In this document: in pieces, positions 1-12,300 of the stretch
Numbering within the stretch: the stretch's first letter is position 1
How the letters are laid out: the number at the start of each line of letters is the position of its first letter
Assembly (NCBI GenBank): GCA_964016885.1
Contig: OZ024741.1
Coordinates: 94,116,001 to 94,180,000, forward strand
Direction of reading: 5' to 3'
Origin: Eledone cirrhosa
Lineage: Eukaryota
Length of the DNA: 64,000 nt
Notes under the pieces: generated by a model
The model's database searches: none
What the model was told of the DNA's origin: nothing
Seen by the model: the letters and a program-made list of their open reading frames with translations, nothing else
Program-made: the position numbers and the translations under genes

Positions 1-869
1 GCTAACATTTCTAAGAAAAGAATTGCTGGACAGAATTTATGGGCAAAACCAATCAGTAGGAGACCCAAAGGTAGACCACAAGCAAGATGGTTGGATAACA
101 ACTTGAGCTCGGTTGGTCTCGATTGAGAAGTCAGCCGAATTAATTGGAAACGGTTGCTTCTAATAGGATCCACTGCTAGGTGCATCTGAGGACTCTGCCC
201 TTATGTTCCTCTCAGAAATAATAATAAGAAAACTTTTATTTTGTACCCTCCTATAACAATGAGAGTGCTATCAGTGATCTTCTAACCATGCCACACACTC
301 ACAATACAAAAGTGTTATCTCATTCTGATGAAGTCCTCAAACTCAGAACCAGTCTTATAATTAGGTGCTTTCAATTTATTATCTTTCTGACACCTTAAAG
401 AAAAATATTGTTCTTGAATATTTCATTCAGAGAGTAATATTTGTAATAGTAATAAAAGTATTTCTGGTGATTCTTGATTAATATAACTAATTTTTAGGTC
501 ACACTAGTTTGTATGAGCATTATATAACTCACGACACTCGCAGTGAAGACAGTAATGATGATGATGATGCTGATGATGATGATTGTGATGATGTTGAGGA
601 GGGGGAAGAGAATGGTAATGATGATGAGGGAAGTGATCTCCCTTATCTTTTAATATGTTTCAAGGAGTACATTACCAATATTATATATATATTTTTGTTT
701 AAGACTTACGACCAACTAAAAGGTGATAACGATTGTTGACAATAACGATGACGACGACGACGACAATGACGATGATGATGATGATGATGTAGATGATGCG
801 GACAACAACGACAATGACAATGGTGTATCTTTAGATAATCACTAAAAGGAATGTAGTTAAACATCATTT

Positions 870-875
870 TTTATT
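870..875 (-). terminator. Polyadenylation signal AATAAA of the VWA gene
   Basis: AATAAA on the minus strand about 20 nt after the stop codon. Confidence 0.55.
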
Positions 876-895
876 GCGATACATTTTAAAAGGTG

Positions 896-1479
896 TTAAT
901 CAGTTTTGATGACCTCGACACGACATACTTTGGTAAAAAGAGCTTTTTCTATGGTCTTCAACGTATCATAACTTGCAGTTGTGAACATGTTATCTGCAGA
1001 ACTTGCAATCATTCTTAGTTCTGCTGGATCCACTTCCTGTCCGACTCCCAATGTAAAGACTTCAATACCTGTTTTATGAATAGCTGTAGATTCACGTGCT
1101 GTTTTTGTTGGACTTTGTGCTTGTCCATCTGTAATGACAATAGCGATATGCGCCACACCATCACGACCACCATTTTCTTTGGTGAAACCTTCTTCTCGAA
1201 CAAGTTTCAATGCATCTCCAGTATTAGTGTTGCCATGGCGGCGAGTAATGTTAAGAATAGCTTTCTCCAGGTCTTTTATATTTGAAAATTGGTTCAGCTT
1301 TATCCGATGTACAATTTTGGTGCTGAATGTGACCACACCGATTTGCGTGTTATTTACACCGACTATGGTGTCTGTTATGAACGAATTCAAGAATTTTAAT
1401 TGTAATTTGAAATCTTCATCTAAAATACTGGTTGACTCGTCTAACACAAAAATAATATCCGATGGAACCACACCACATA
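896..1479 (-). CDS. VWA-domain secreted protein, exon 3 (VWA domain 2, terminal coding exon)
   Basis: Acceptor ttgacattgcag|TATGT; VCGVVPSDIIFVLDESTS (MIDAS)...TNTGDAL...IVITDG; TAA at 896-898. Spliced CDS is 1227 nt = 408 aa. Confidence 0.9.
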
Positions 1480-2359
1480 CTGCAATGTCAAAGAAGAATA
1501 TGAAATATAAAAATTAAAACAAATATAGGTTGATTATTAACGTAGAGGACACCATTCAATAATGAAGAGAAAGTAAGAGTTTGGGGAAATCATGTGAGAC
1601 ACTTGTTTCTGTACAACTGGGAACTATCTGCATGAAAGGTATATTAATTTGAATACATTTAGAGAAAATATATATTCTGAATAATTGTTCATGTTCCATT
1701 CTTACACTTGCCAACAGATTTAATTTATAGAGTTATCGTTGTTGTTCATTCAATCATTACTATGGTAAATTAAGCTGAAATTATCGCATCAATTCCACAT
1801 CCTTTATAAAAGGAATATATATGTGGTTTATTATCATACACATATTTACTTGAAATAATTCTCTTAGATATAGACTCCACACTTTCTTTACTAAGATACA
1901 TAATTATCTGTCACAACCTGTCAGGGGTAAAAGAGAATGTGGGAAGACCTGGATGTCGTATGAAGATACTTGAACAATAACACAGTAGTGGTACGAATTT
2001 AAAGTAGACATTGGTAGCGTGATCATAGAATAGATATAACATATAACATTGCACTTCAAACATAATGTTATATTTTATACAATTCAATGAGAGATATCTG
2101 TTGATATCTCATTTTAGTATAATGAAGTTTATATAACAAAGTAGACGAAGGTAGGGCTTCTATTTAGAATCGTTTATGCGACCGAAAGAAAACAATAGGT
2201 GTGAAAAGTAACCGAAGAGCAGAAAGCTGAAGAGGAGGGATAGCAGTTAAGATATTAATTTATACTGGTTCAATTTATTCCTTATAAAAGGAAGTATCTG
2301 GTCGTAGGCATAAGTGTGAGGTTTCAGGTTAGATTTCACTAAGCACAGGACACGTAGTT

Positions 2360-2550
2360 CTCAGGAGGACTCAGCGTGATACAAATGTGACATAGCTGGC
2401 CTTTTGAATTATATGTACCACTAATTTTTGTTAGCTTAGTGGACTGGAAGAACGTGAAAGTGTCTTGCTCAAGGACACAACGTGCGGCCGGGAATCGAAC
2501 TCACGACCTTACGATCGTGAGCCGAATATTTTAACCTCTAAACTACGCAC
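2360..2550 (-). mobile_element. Second tRNA-derived SINE family (related copy at ~45370-45510)
   Basis: GTGTCTTGCTCAAGGACACAAC and B-box GAGTTCGATTCCC on the minus strand; similar GTGCCTTGCTCAAGGAAACAAC at ~45416. Confidence 0.55.
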
Positions 2551-2804
2551 CTTTACAGTTTAACATTATATATACCTATACACACACATATATATATCTG
2601 TGTATGAGTGTATGTATGGATGTACATACATATATACATATATATGGATGTATATACATATTTGTGTGTGTGTGTGTGTGTATCACTAGTTTCACAATAA
2701 AAAAATCTCCAGATTCCTTAATGATGATGACTAATTTACTATAAAACTAGCAAACTTTTATATAATCGAGATAGGAGATAAGAAATCAGAAATTTTAAAC
2801 GAAC

Positions 2805-3365
2805 CTTCGATACAAACATGTTGAATGATTTCATTTATTATAGTTTTAAGAGCATCAAATTTCTCGATTTCGAATATATTTGATGGTTTCGTAGCTATAG
2901 CCTTCAGCTCATCAATGTCGACACTGGGTCCGATTCCAATAGTGTAAATTCGAAGAGGGTCTTTATGTATGATTTTGGCTGCTTCTATGGTTTTTAACTT
3001 TTCGTTAGATCCACCATCAGTAATCATAATAACAATCTTTGGCACTTTAATCCGCCCTCCATTATCTACAGTGAATATTTCCGTTCGAATACGATCCAGT
3101 GCTAACCAAGTGTGAGTCCTTCCACCTCGATATAAAACTGCGGAAACTGCCTGTTGTATTTCTGCCTTTGTTTTAAACTTGTTCAAATTGAATTCCGTTT
3201 TGACATCAGAGCCGAATGTGACTAGTGCCATTCTGATGGTTCCATTTTCAATATCCATAGCGTCAGTGAAATTACTTACAAACTGTAACTGTCTTTTAAA
3301 CTGAGCAGGGTACATGCTGGTAGAGCAGTCTAAGAGAAAAACGATATCTGCAGGGTTTTCGCATT
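2805..3365 (-). CDS. VWA-domain secreted protein, exon 2 (VWA domain 1; matrilin/collagen VI/XII-like)
   Basis: Acceptor tttttacag|AATGC, donor GAAG|GTTCGT, 561 nt, phase 1-1. Translation ECENPADIVFLLDCSTS (MIDAS DxSxS)...THT...VIMITDG is a typical VWA domain. Confidence 0.9.
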
Positions 3366-3546
3366 CTGTAAAAAACAACAAAAAACAAAACAAAACAAAA
3401 CAATAAAATATGATTAGAAAGCTATTAGTAAATGGAAAATAATGAAAAGAAGTCGCGGATCAATTAGTAACGGTTACTTTGTGTGTTACTTTGTGTGAGG
3501 ACTCAGCCCATACGGTCATCGCAGGAATAATAATAATAATAATAAT

Positions 3547-6500
3547 GATTTCTTTATTAACCACAAGGGTTTACATAAAGTAGACATTAAGGACAGTGCA
3601 GGACAATACAGGGCGGTACAAATGAGCATTTCTGCGTGTAAAAAACAAAAACAGAGGATGTAACAAAAAAGGGGGGAGACTTCGGAGGGACATTTGTGGA
3701 GAAAGCCCAGTAAAAGGCCACAGTGACCCTGACCACCAAGGCAAGTGCCCTCTCCCAGTTTTCCAACTTTAATTTACAGATACGTACTCAGAGTAGGCCC
3801 ATTCACTGGGGCCATTCTTGCTTCTCTCACCCATCTTTCAACAAAATGCTGGGAAGAGAGCACTTCCCCTCTCTACTCTGATTTTCCTTTTCAAATGAAA
3901 TTTGAAAAAGTCAATCAGGGCATCACCGAAGAGGTAAGTACGCGTCTTCAGCCCTTTCAAACGTGTCCACCATACTATCTCTTTCGCCATGGCCACCAGA
4001 CAGATAAAATCTGCCTGCCCTTCCCGGCTAAAGGAAGAGGGCGGGAAATCCTCACGATGGACTCAGATGATAGCCGGATCCGTCCTACACGCGATAGCAG
4101 GTGTTCGACATAAACCCACAAGTCAGCAATTTTCAGACACTGGACGAGTGCGTGCAGGACGGTTTCGTCGCCCTGCGCGCATCTCGGACATGCCCGGCTG
4201 ACGGCACCTCCATGCCTGTAGAGTTTATCCCGAACTGGCAAGGCTCCTCGGTAGCACTGCCAGGCCAGGGATTTCTGGAAATTGTCCATAGGTCCCGGCC
4301 CGAAAGTCCTTCCGAAGAGATTGGCTAGTTGATTTTCGTCGACGCCTAGAGTTTCTCCAAGTACGTCGTCGCTCTTCCCCTCCACTAATCCTCTATAGAA
4401 CGCCGAGGTGGAGTTTCCACCGATCACATTGCCCGATTGGTCGAGGGCTGTGAGCGCCTGAAGACATTCCAGTCTCCAGGCACTCCCTCTCGGTCTTCGC
4501 TTGACCCAGGACTGCAGCTCCGTCAAGGAAACGAGCTAGGGAAATACGTGTCTAGCAAACGGCGACCACACCTGATCACCGTCGAGGAAGAGGTGGAGAT
4601 GTCGTAGCCTGAGCGCGTATCTGCGCATCATCAGCCACGGCATTCCCAGCCCTCCACGTAGCGGATGTTGACAGCAGATGGACCGCCTGACCATCGGAGC
4701 GCGTCCCTTCCACAAAAAGCGAAAGAGCAAACGCTCCAGCGCAGTCAGGCGGGGCTTAGGACAAGGTACGACAGTCAGGCGGTAGCAGATGATAGAAGCG
4801 ATGTACGCGTTAGCCACCTCCGCTCGACCTTTCAGGGATAGCTTCCTCTCGGCCCATTTCTGGGTGAGAGAAGCCACCCTGCTCATCACCTCGTCCCAGT
4901 TTTTGTCCGTCTGGAGGTCCGGACCGAACCAGACCCCTAGCAATTTAACCGGTCCGTCGGTCCAGCGTCCGACGACGCTGTTGAACGGGATGGACCTGCC
5001 TCTCCAGGTGCCGAGCTGCAGGCCCACTGACTTTTCCTGGTTGATCATTGCTCCTGTCACCGCTTCGTATTCTCTTAGTGTAGTGCCGATCGCCTCGATG
5101 TGTTTGGCGTTCGACACCACTACGGTGACAACGTCCGCATATGCTGACACGGATCTTCCGCATCCTAGTTCGCGCGGGACGCCCATCAACGTCTCCAGTT
5201 TGTGCAGTAATAACTCGAGAGTCAATACGTACAAGAGGGACGAGAGGAGACATCCTTGGCGGACCGAGCGCATGATGTTGAACGGTTCCGAAAGATGACC
5301 GTTCACTCTCACCACAGAGCAGATGTCGCTGTGCATGGCAGCGATCCAGCCTCTGAAGACGGGCTAAAAGCCAGCCGCCCTCAGGACTGCCGCTAGGTAA
5401 CGATGGTCGGCCCTATCGAAAGATTTCGACTGATCTAAATTGATCAAGGACCCACCCGTGCCAGGTTTCCTAGCTACCCTCTCTACGATGTATCGCATGA
5501 GGTGGAGGTTGCCGTCAATGGATCTGTCGGGGAATGGCGCATGTCTGCGCTTCTCCCACCAGACAACCAACGCCAAGCGTCAACCTCTTTGCTAGCACCT
5601 TGGCCAAAATCTTGAACTCTGTGTTCAGCAGAGTTATGGGCCGGAAATTATCTATGTTATCCCCCTTGTTCGGATCCTTTCTCAGCAGTGCCACCGCTCC
5701 TCGGCTCACAGAACTAGGAATTCTCCCATTCTGTTGCCAGTTGCTTTGTTGCCACGACGCGCCTCCGCAACTCGGGCCCATTGAACGGCTTTCGTCCCCT
5801 CGTGTCTGAAAGCACGCACTCTAGCTCTGACAACGCAGGCTTCGTGCTTTGCATTGAAGAATTGGTCAAGGACCAATTTCGCCACAAGCACGTCGGTCGC
5901 AATGCCTTTCCTAAGCGCCTCGTCTAATTTTCTAACTAGTTCTCCCTCTGCTCTATTTTTCTCTATTGCTAAAGCCTTACTAAACCTAATCGATTCTATT
6001 CTAATCGCTCTTTTCAGAGCAAACCACCACTTGTTGTTGACGATGGCCCCCGTCAAAGCCCGCTTAACTAGTTCGCTGATCCGGTCTCTGTAGGCCTTGC
6101 GCGCTGGTAAGGACGCGTTTAGCTTCCAGTAGCCGGATCCTCGTCTATGAAGCCTATCTAAGTCAAGCACACAGATCACGAATTTGTGGTCCGTGTAGTT
6201 GACTAGCTTGAATTGTGGACAGCCTATGCTAGACCTATCTATTTCCCTACAAAATACTCTATCTAGATATGATCTGGATGACCCTATGCGATTTGTCCAA
6301 GTCCACATTGGCACATTCGGGAAATCCAATCGGTACCTGTCAGACAGTTCAAAACGCCTGAGCAGGTTGGTGAGGCTCTTGCACCCTCTATCCCTATACG
6401 CTAATCCCACACAGTCCCAGCGTGCGTCTAAGATCCCGTTCCAGTCGCCCACTAACACTAAAGAGCGGGACATTCCAAGAAAGGTCTCCAGACGCCGGAA

Positions 6501-9280
6501 GAAATCAGGCCGCCCTGCTTCTGTCGGGGCATAGACGGCCACTAGCTTGAAAGCTTGCCCGTCTCCGCTGGTCACGTCCAGCACCACCAACTTACCCTCT
6601 GGGTCCAGGAAGATGGCCCGTATGGCGAGATCCAAACCTCTCCGAAAAAGCACATCAATTCTTCCCCCCGATCCAGGACGGCTGGGAGATGCGTACATAT
6701 CGTAGCCGCCGAAGATCGGTGCGAAGGCCCGTGCTTCGGAGATTCTGGTCTCGCTGATGGCCACTACATCTATGTTTAGTGACCTGAGGTCGTTGAGCAG
6801 GTGACCCTGCTTCCATGACGACCCCAAGCCACGCGCATTTATGCTGCCTATTCTGAGTGAGGTCATGTTTAAAATAGAGTGGAAAAGATGGGAAAGACCA
6901 CTTACCGTACTTTTCGTAGAGGAAGGATGGTTTTTCCATACCTTTTCACTTGATCGTCTGGTGAAGGGATCGTTGAATCGTCCGTTTCGGCTGGTCGTCG
7001 GCTCTTCTATGAGTATCTCCGAATATACTCTTCGGTTGAGAGTCCCTCCTAGGTCTCTGAAATCACCAACTGCGTTGGGGAATTTCGTGTTAATGTTTGT
7101 GTATTGTTTCTGTGCTATTTTTAGCAGTCTTATGTTAGTTGGCGTTTTGATTGGTGCTGGTATTATGTAGTCGTGTTGTGAAATGTCTGTGTGTTCAATT
7201 ATGTAAGTCATTAGTTTCTTGTTGTGTGTATTTATTGCCGTGCATTTGTTTTTCTGGGGGTGGGGTGTGGTTCTGCTATTTTCTTGTCGTTGTTGCTGGG
7301 TGTGTGTGTTTTGTTGTAGTGTTTGCGATGTTGGTGCTTGTGGTGGTGGTGTTGAAGGTGTTGTTGTTGTTGTTGGCGGTGGGGTTGTCGCCGGTGGTGA
7401 TGGTGGTGCTAGTGTGGGTGGTGATGGTGTTGGTGGTGTTGCTGCTGTGAGTCTCTTTGCAATAGCCTTTACCCTTTTTTCATTTCTTTCCTCCCTTTTC
7501 GAAGGCGACGATGCGCTGCTTCTGCGTTTGTGCCTTCTTACGACCTTTTGCCATCCCTCTCCCACCTCACACTCAATGTCTGATTCTGTGAGGTCGGGGA
7601 GGGGTACCAGCTCCACTCTTTCACTTGTTGTTGTCGGTGATGTTTGCACTGGAGTCTCTGTTGCAGCTGCAATTGGTATTGCTGTTGTTGTTAATACTTC
7701 CACTGCTGCTGCTGTTTTTGATTTCCGTGGCGTGGGTATGGGTGCCACGGACCTATCGTTCCTCGTTGCCGCTTGTCCTGTTGCTGGTAGCCGTGGAGCC
7801 GGTTTCGGAAGGAGGGGGGTTTTCTCCTTTCTCAGGGTCTTCTCGTTGCAGAAGGCGCCCTGAGGTGAGTCTTCGATCCACAGCGAAAGCATTTCGGGCG
7901 TTTGCCCTCAACACTTATGGGCAGTTGAGTGCCGTTATCGAAGTCTATCACATCCGGGATAGCTTCGATGCACTCCTGGTTGGTTTGGATTAACATCTCA
8001 ATGGAGGTGCCGACCCAATCTTCTCTTACTTTTTTTCTGTACTTGCAGTACAGTTGTTTTGTCCTCGATTCCGACGAGGACAGACACGGCCAGCCAAGAA
8101 GGGGCCATCCCGGGTGGCCATCCTGGGGGGGGGGGGACGTGGGTCAGTTTGACCCTCACAATTTTTTGCCCGCAGTAGGAGGGCACCAACACCATTTCTT
8201 CGCTCCTTAGGGTCACTAAGGATTGAGCCTTTGCCTCCTGGGGTGTGGCAAAAAGTACGTCTACGGTGGCATATTTCTTGCCTCGGGTGATGTGCGTTTT
8301 CCGCTGCCGCACAGACCCCAAGGCTTTTTGTATTTGAGCCTCTGTGGCTCTTTCAACCCTACGGGATTTTGTACTTACTGTACGGTACGTGACCGTACAG
8401 TGCTGTTGGGCTTCGAAAAATTTTTCGGCTGCCTTGCAGATTGCTCGGTGTCCAGTTTTTGTCACCATCTTCTTCGCTACCTCTAATTCCTCATTTGTTA
8501 TGAGGATGGTTTCCAGGTTCTTTGCGATACCTGCAAACGAGATTGGTTTTTCTTTGCTGCTGTTATTGTTGTTGTTGTTGTTGTTGTCGTCAGAGCTGCT
8601 GTTACTTTTATTGTTGCTGCAAGTACTACGACTACTGCCGCCGCCGCTGTTGCTGTGGTTGTTGTTGTTGTTGCTGCTGCTGCTGCTGTTGTTGCTGCTA
8701 ATGCTGTTGTTTATGCTGCTGCTGATGCTGTTGCGGCTACTACTGTTGTTTTCCTTGTCACTGTTGCTGCTGCTGCTGTTATTACGGCTGCTACTGCTAT
8801 TATTCCTGACGTCAGACGAATGAAATGGGTTTTCGCATTTCCCGCACACCTTTTTCGTCGTTGTCGTCGTCGTCGTAGATAAATCTTGCTCGCTTTGCAA
8901 GTGATTTTTCTTTTCTGGCGTCGCTTGCGAAAGAGAAGGGAGGGAGAGAGACACATTTAGAGAAGGGAGGGAGAGAGACAATCTTCTCTCTGCTGTAGTG
9001 ACGATTGAGGAAGAAGAAGACAGAATGAGTGGGAGTGACCTATGAAAATTCTTTTTCGTAGCCATGTTGTTTTTTTGTTTAAAATAAATATTGGGCACAA
9101 AACCCCAATAAGCGGTTATTTAACCCCGAAGGGCCAAATAACGGGCAGAAAGACCCCCCTCACGAGGAGGAGGGTGTTTTTGTCTACAAGTTGGTTAAAG
9201 TTTTAAACAATTTACAATTGTTATAGCGGTCAAAATTTACAATACCTTACAGAGCCGAGCCTCCGTCAACCATAGCATTC
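3547..9280 (-). mobile_element. Tx1/L1-clade non-LTR retrotransposon copy A (near full length, defective)
   Basis: ORF1 (from 9098, frameshifted, CCHC knuckle remnant CFRCGSKTH). ORF2 from 6866 has APE endonuclease (GSINARGL, ISETR, GDWN, YLDR, TDH), RT (QGC, YADV) and a C-terminal CPRC..H..C. About 326 bp are deleted at ~5745. Both ends abut (AAT)n. Confidence 0.93.
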
Positions 9281-9304
9281 AATAATAATAATAATAATAA
9301 TAAT

Positions 9305-12300
9305 GCTTTCTTTATTAATCACAAGGGTTTACACAAAGTAGACATTAAGGACAGTACAGGACAATACTGGACGGTACAAAAGGGCATTTCTGCGTGTAAA
9401 AAAACAAAAAACAGAGGATGTAATAATAGAACAATGAAAAAATTCCCCAATAGGGCGGGAGACTTCCGAGGGACATTCGTGGAGAAAGCTCATTAAAAAG
9501 CCACAGTGACCCTGACCACCAGGGCAAGTGCCCTCTCCCAGTTTTCTACCTTTAATTTACAGACACGTACTCAGAGTAGGCCCATTCACTCGGGCCATTC
9601 TTGCCTCTCTCACCCATCTTTCAACAAAATGCTGGGAAGAGAGCACTCCCCTCTCTACTCTGATTTTCCTTTTCAAATGAAATTTGAAAAAATTAATCAG
9701 GGAATCACCGAAGAGGTAAGTGCTCGTCTTCAGCCCTTTCAAACATGTCCACTATACTATCTCTTTCGCCATGGCCACCAGACAGATAAATACTGCCTGC
9801 CCTTCCCGGCTAAAGGAAGAGGGCGGAGCAATCGACACAATGGGCTCAGCTGATAGCTGGATCCATCCTACACGCGACAGCAGGTGTTCGACATAAACCC
9901 ACAAGTCAGCAATGCTCGGACACTGGACGAGTGCGTGCAGGACGGTTTCGTCGCTCTGCGCGCATCTCGGACATGCCCGGCTGACGGCACCTCCATGCCT
10001 GTAGAGTTTATCCCGAACTGGCAAAGCTCCTCGGTAGCACTGCCAGGCCAGGGATTTCTGGAAGTTGTCCATAGGCCCCGCCCCGAAAGTTCTTCCGAAG
10101 AGATTGGCTAGTTGATTTTCGTCGACGCCTAGAGTTTCCCCAAGTACGTCGTCGCTCTTCCCCTCCACTAATCCTCTATAGAACGCCAAGGTGGAGTTCC
10201 CACCGATCACATTGCGCGACTGGTCGAGGGCTGTGAGCGCTTGAAGACATTCAAGTCTCCAAGCGCTCCCTCTCGGTCTTCGCTTGACCCAGGACTGCAG
10301 CTCCGTCATGAGACGAGCTGGGGAAAGACGCGTCTAGCAAACGGCGACTTTACCTGATCACCGTCGAGGAAGAGGTGGAGATATCGTAGCCTGAGAGCGT
10401 GCCTGCGTATCATCAGCCACGGCATGTTCGGCTCTCCTCGTAGCGGGTGTTGACGGCAAATGGACCGCCTGACCATCGGAACGCGTCCCTTCCACAAAAA
10501 GAGAAAGAGAAAACGCTCCAGCGCAGTCAGGCGGGGCTTAGGACAAGGTACGATGGTCAGGCGGTAGTAGATGACTGACGCGATGTACGCGTTAGCCACC
10601 TCCACTCGACCTTTCAGGGATGGCTTCGCCCATTTCTGGGTGAGAGAAGCGACCCTGCTCGTCACCTCGTCCCAGTTTTTGTCCGTCTGGAGGTCCGGAC
10701 CAAACCAGGCCCACTGACTTTTCCTGGTTGATCATTGCTCCTGTCACCGCTTCGTATTCTCTTAGTGTAGTGTCGATCGCCTCGATGTGTTTGGCGTTCG
10801 ACACCACTACGGTGACAACGTCCGCATATGCTGACACGGATCTTCCGCATCCTAGTTCGCGCGGAACCCCCCTCAACATCTCCAGTTTTTGCAGTAATGG
10901 CTCGAGAGTCAATACATACAAGAGGGACGAGAGGGGACATCCTTGGCGGACCGAGCGCATGATGTTGAACGGTTCCGAAAGATGACCGTTCACTCTCACC
11001 ACAGAGCAGATGTCGTTGTGCATGGCAGCGATCCAGCCTCTGAAGACGGGCCCAAAGCCAGCTGCCCTCAGGACTGCCGCTAGGTAACGATGGTCGACCC
11101 TATCGAAAGATTTCGACTGATCTAAATTGATCAAGGACCCACCCATGCCAGGTTCCCTAGCTACCCTCTCTACGATGTATCGCATGAGGTGGAGGTTGTC
11201 GTGGATGGATCTGTCGGGAATGGCGCATGTCTGCCCCTCTCTCACCAGACCACCAACGACAAGCGCTAACCTCTTTGGTAGCACCTTGGCCAAAATCTTG
11301 AACTCTGTGTTTAGCAAAGTTATGGGCCTAAAATTATCTATGTTATCCCCCTTGTTCGGATCCTTTCTCAGCATCGCCACAGCTCCTCGGCTCAAAGAGC
11401 TGGGAATTCTCCCGTTCTGTTGCCAGTTGCAGTAGACGTCCGCCAAGAGGCCTCTGAACAATCTGGCATCTGTACGTAAAGTTCATAGGGCAGACCATCC
11501 AAACCAGGCGACTTACCCCTTGTGCAGCCAGTCATTGCCTCCCGTACTTTAGCGGCTGTTATCGGCTTTTCGCAACACTCCGCCTCAGTGGCCGAGAGCC
11601 GCGGCAGTCCGTCGAGGTAGACACTAAAGTCCATCCCTCGATCCGGCCCGCCGCTGTCCCCGAACAGTTGAGCGAAGTGTCGCTGAAAAGCTTCACACAT
11701 TTGCCCGGGATCGAGTAGCATGCGCCCGTCGGTGTCCACCAAAGACCGGATCGTGGCTTTGTTGCCACGACGCGCCTCCGCCACTCGGGCCCATTGAACG
11801 GCTTTCGTCCCCTCGTGTCTGAGAGCACGGACGCTAGCTCTGACAACGCAGCTTTCCTGCTTTGCATTGAAGAATTGGTCAAGGGCCAATTTCGCCGCAA
11901 GTACGTCGGTCGCGATGCCTTTGCTAAGTGCCTCGTCTAATTTTCTAACTAATTCTCCCTCTGCTCTATTTTTATCTATTGCTAAAGCCTTACTAAACCT
12001 AATGGACTCCATTCTAATTGCTCTTTTCAGAGCAAACCACCACTTGTTGTTGACGATGGCCCCCGTCAAAGCCCGCTTAACTAGTTCGCTAATCCGGTCA
12101 CTGTAGGCCTTGCGCGCTGGTAAGGAAGCGTTTAGCTTCCAGTAGCCGGATCCCCGTCTACGACGCATATCTAAGTCAAGCACACAGATCACAAATTTGT
12201 GGTCCGTGTAGCTGACTATCTTGAATTGTGGCCAGCCTATGCTAGACCTATCTATTTCCCTACAAAATACTCTATCTAGATATGATCTGGATGACCCTAT

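Noticed and set aside
320-380. CTGATGA at ~326 (also ~42603, ~50920)
   Set aside because: No properly spaced GAAA and stems.
509-830. Acidic 76-aa ORF and the many YIYI, poly-L/V and HTHT ORFs elsewhere
   Set aside because: Translations of microsatellites or antisense frames of retroelements.
5706-7892. Apparent 728-aa ORF1-ORF2 fusion in Tx1 copy A
   Set aside because: Explained by a 1-nt insertion near the ORF1 end relative to copies B and C, which stop at KVR*/EVR*.
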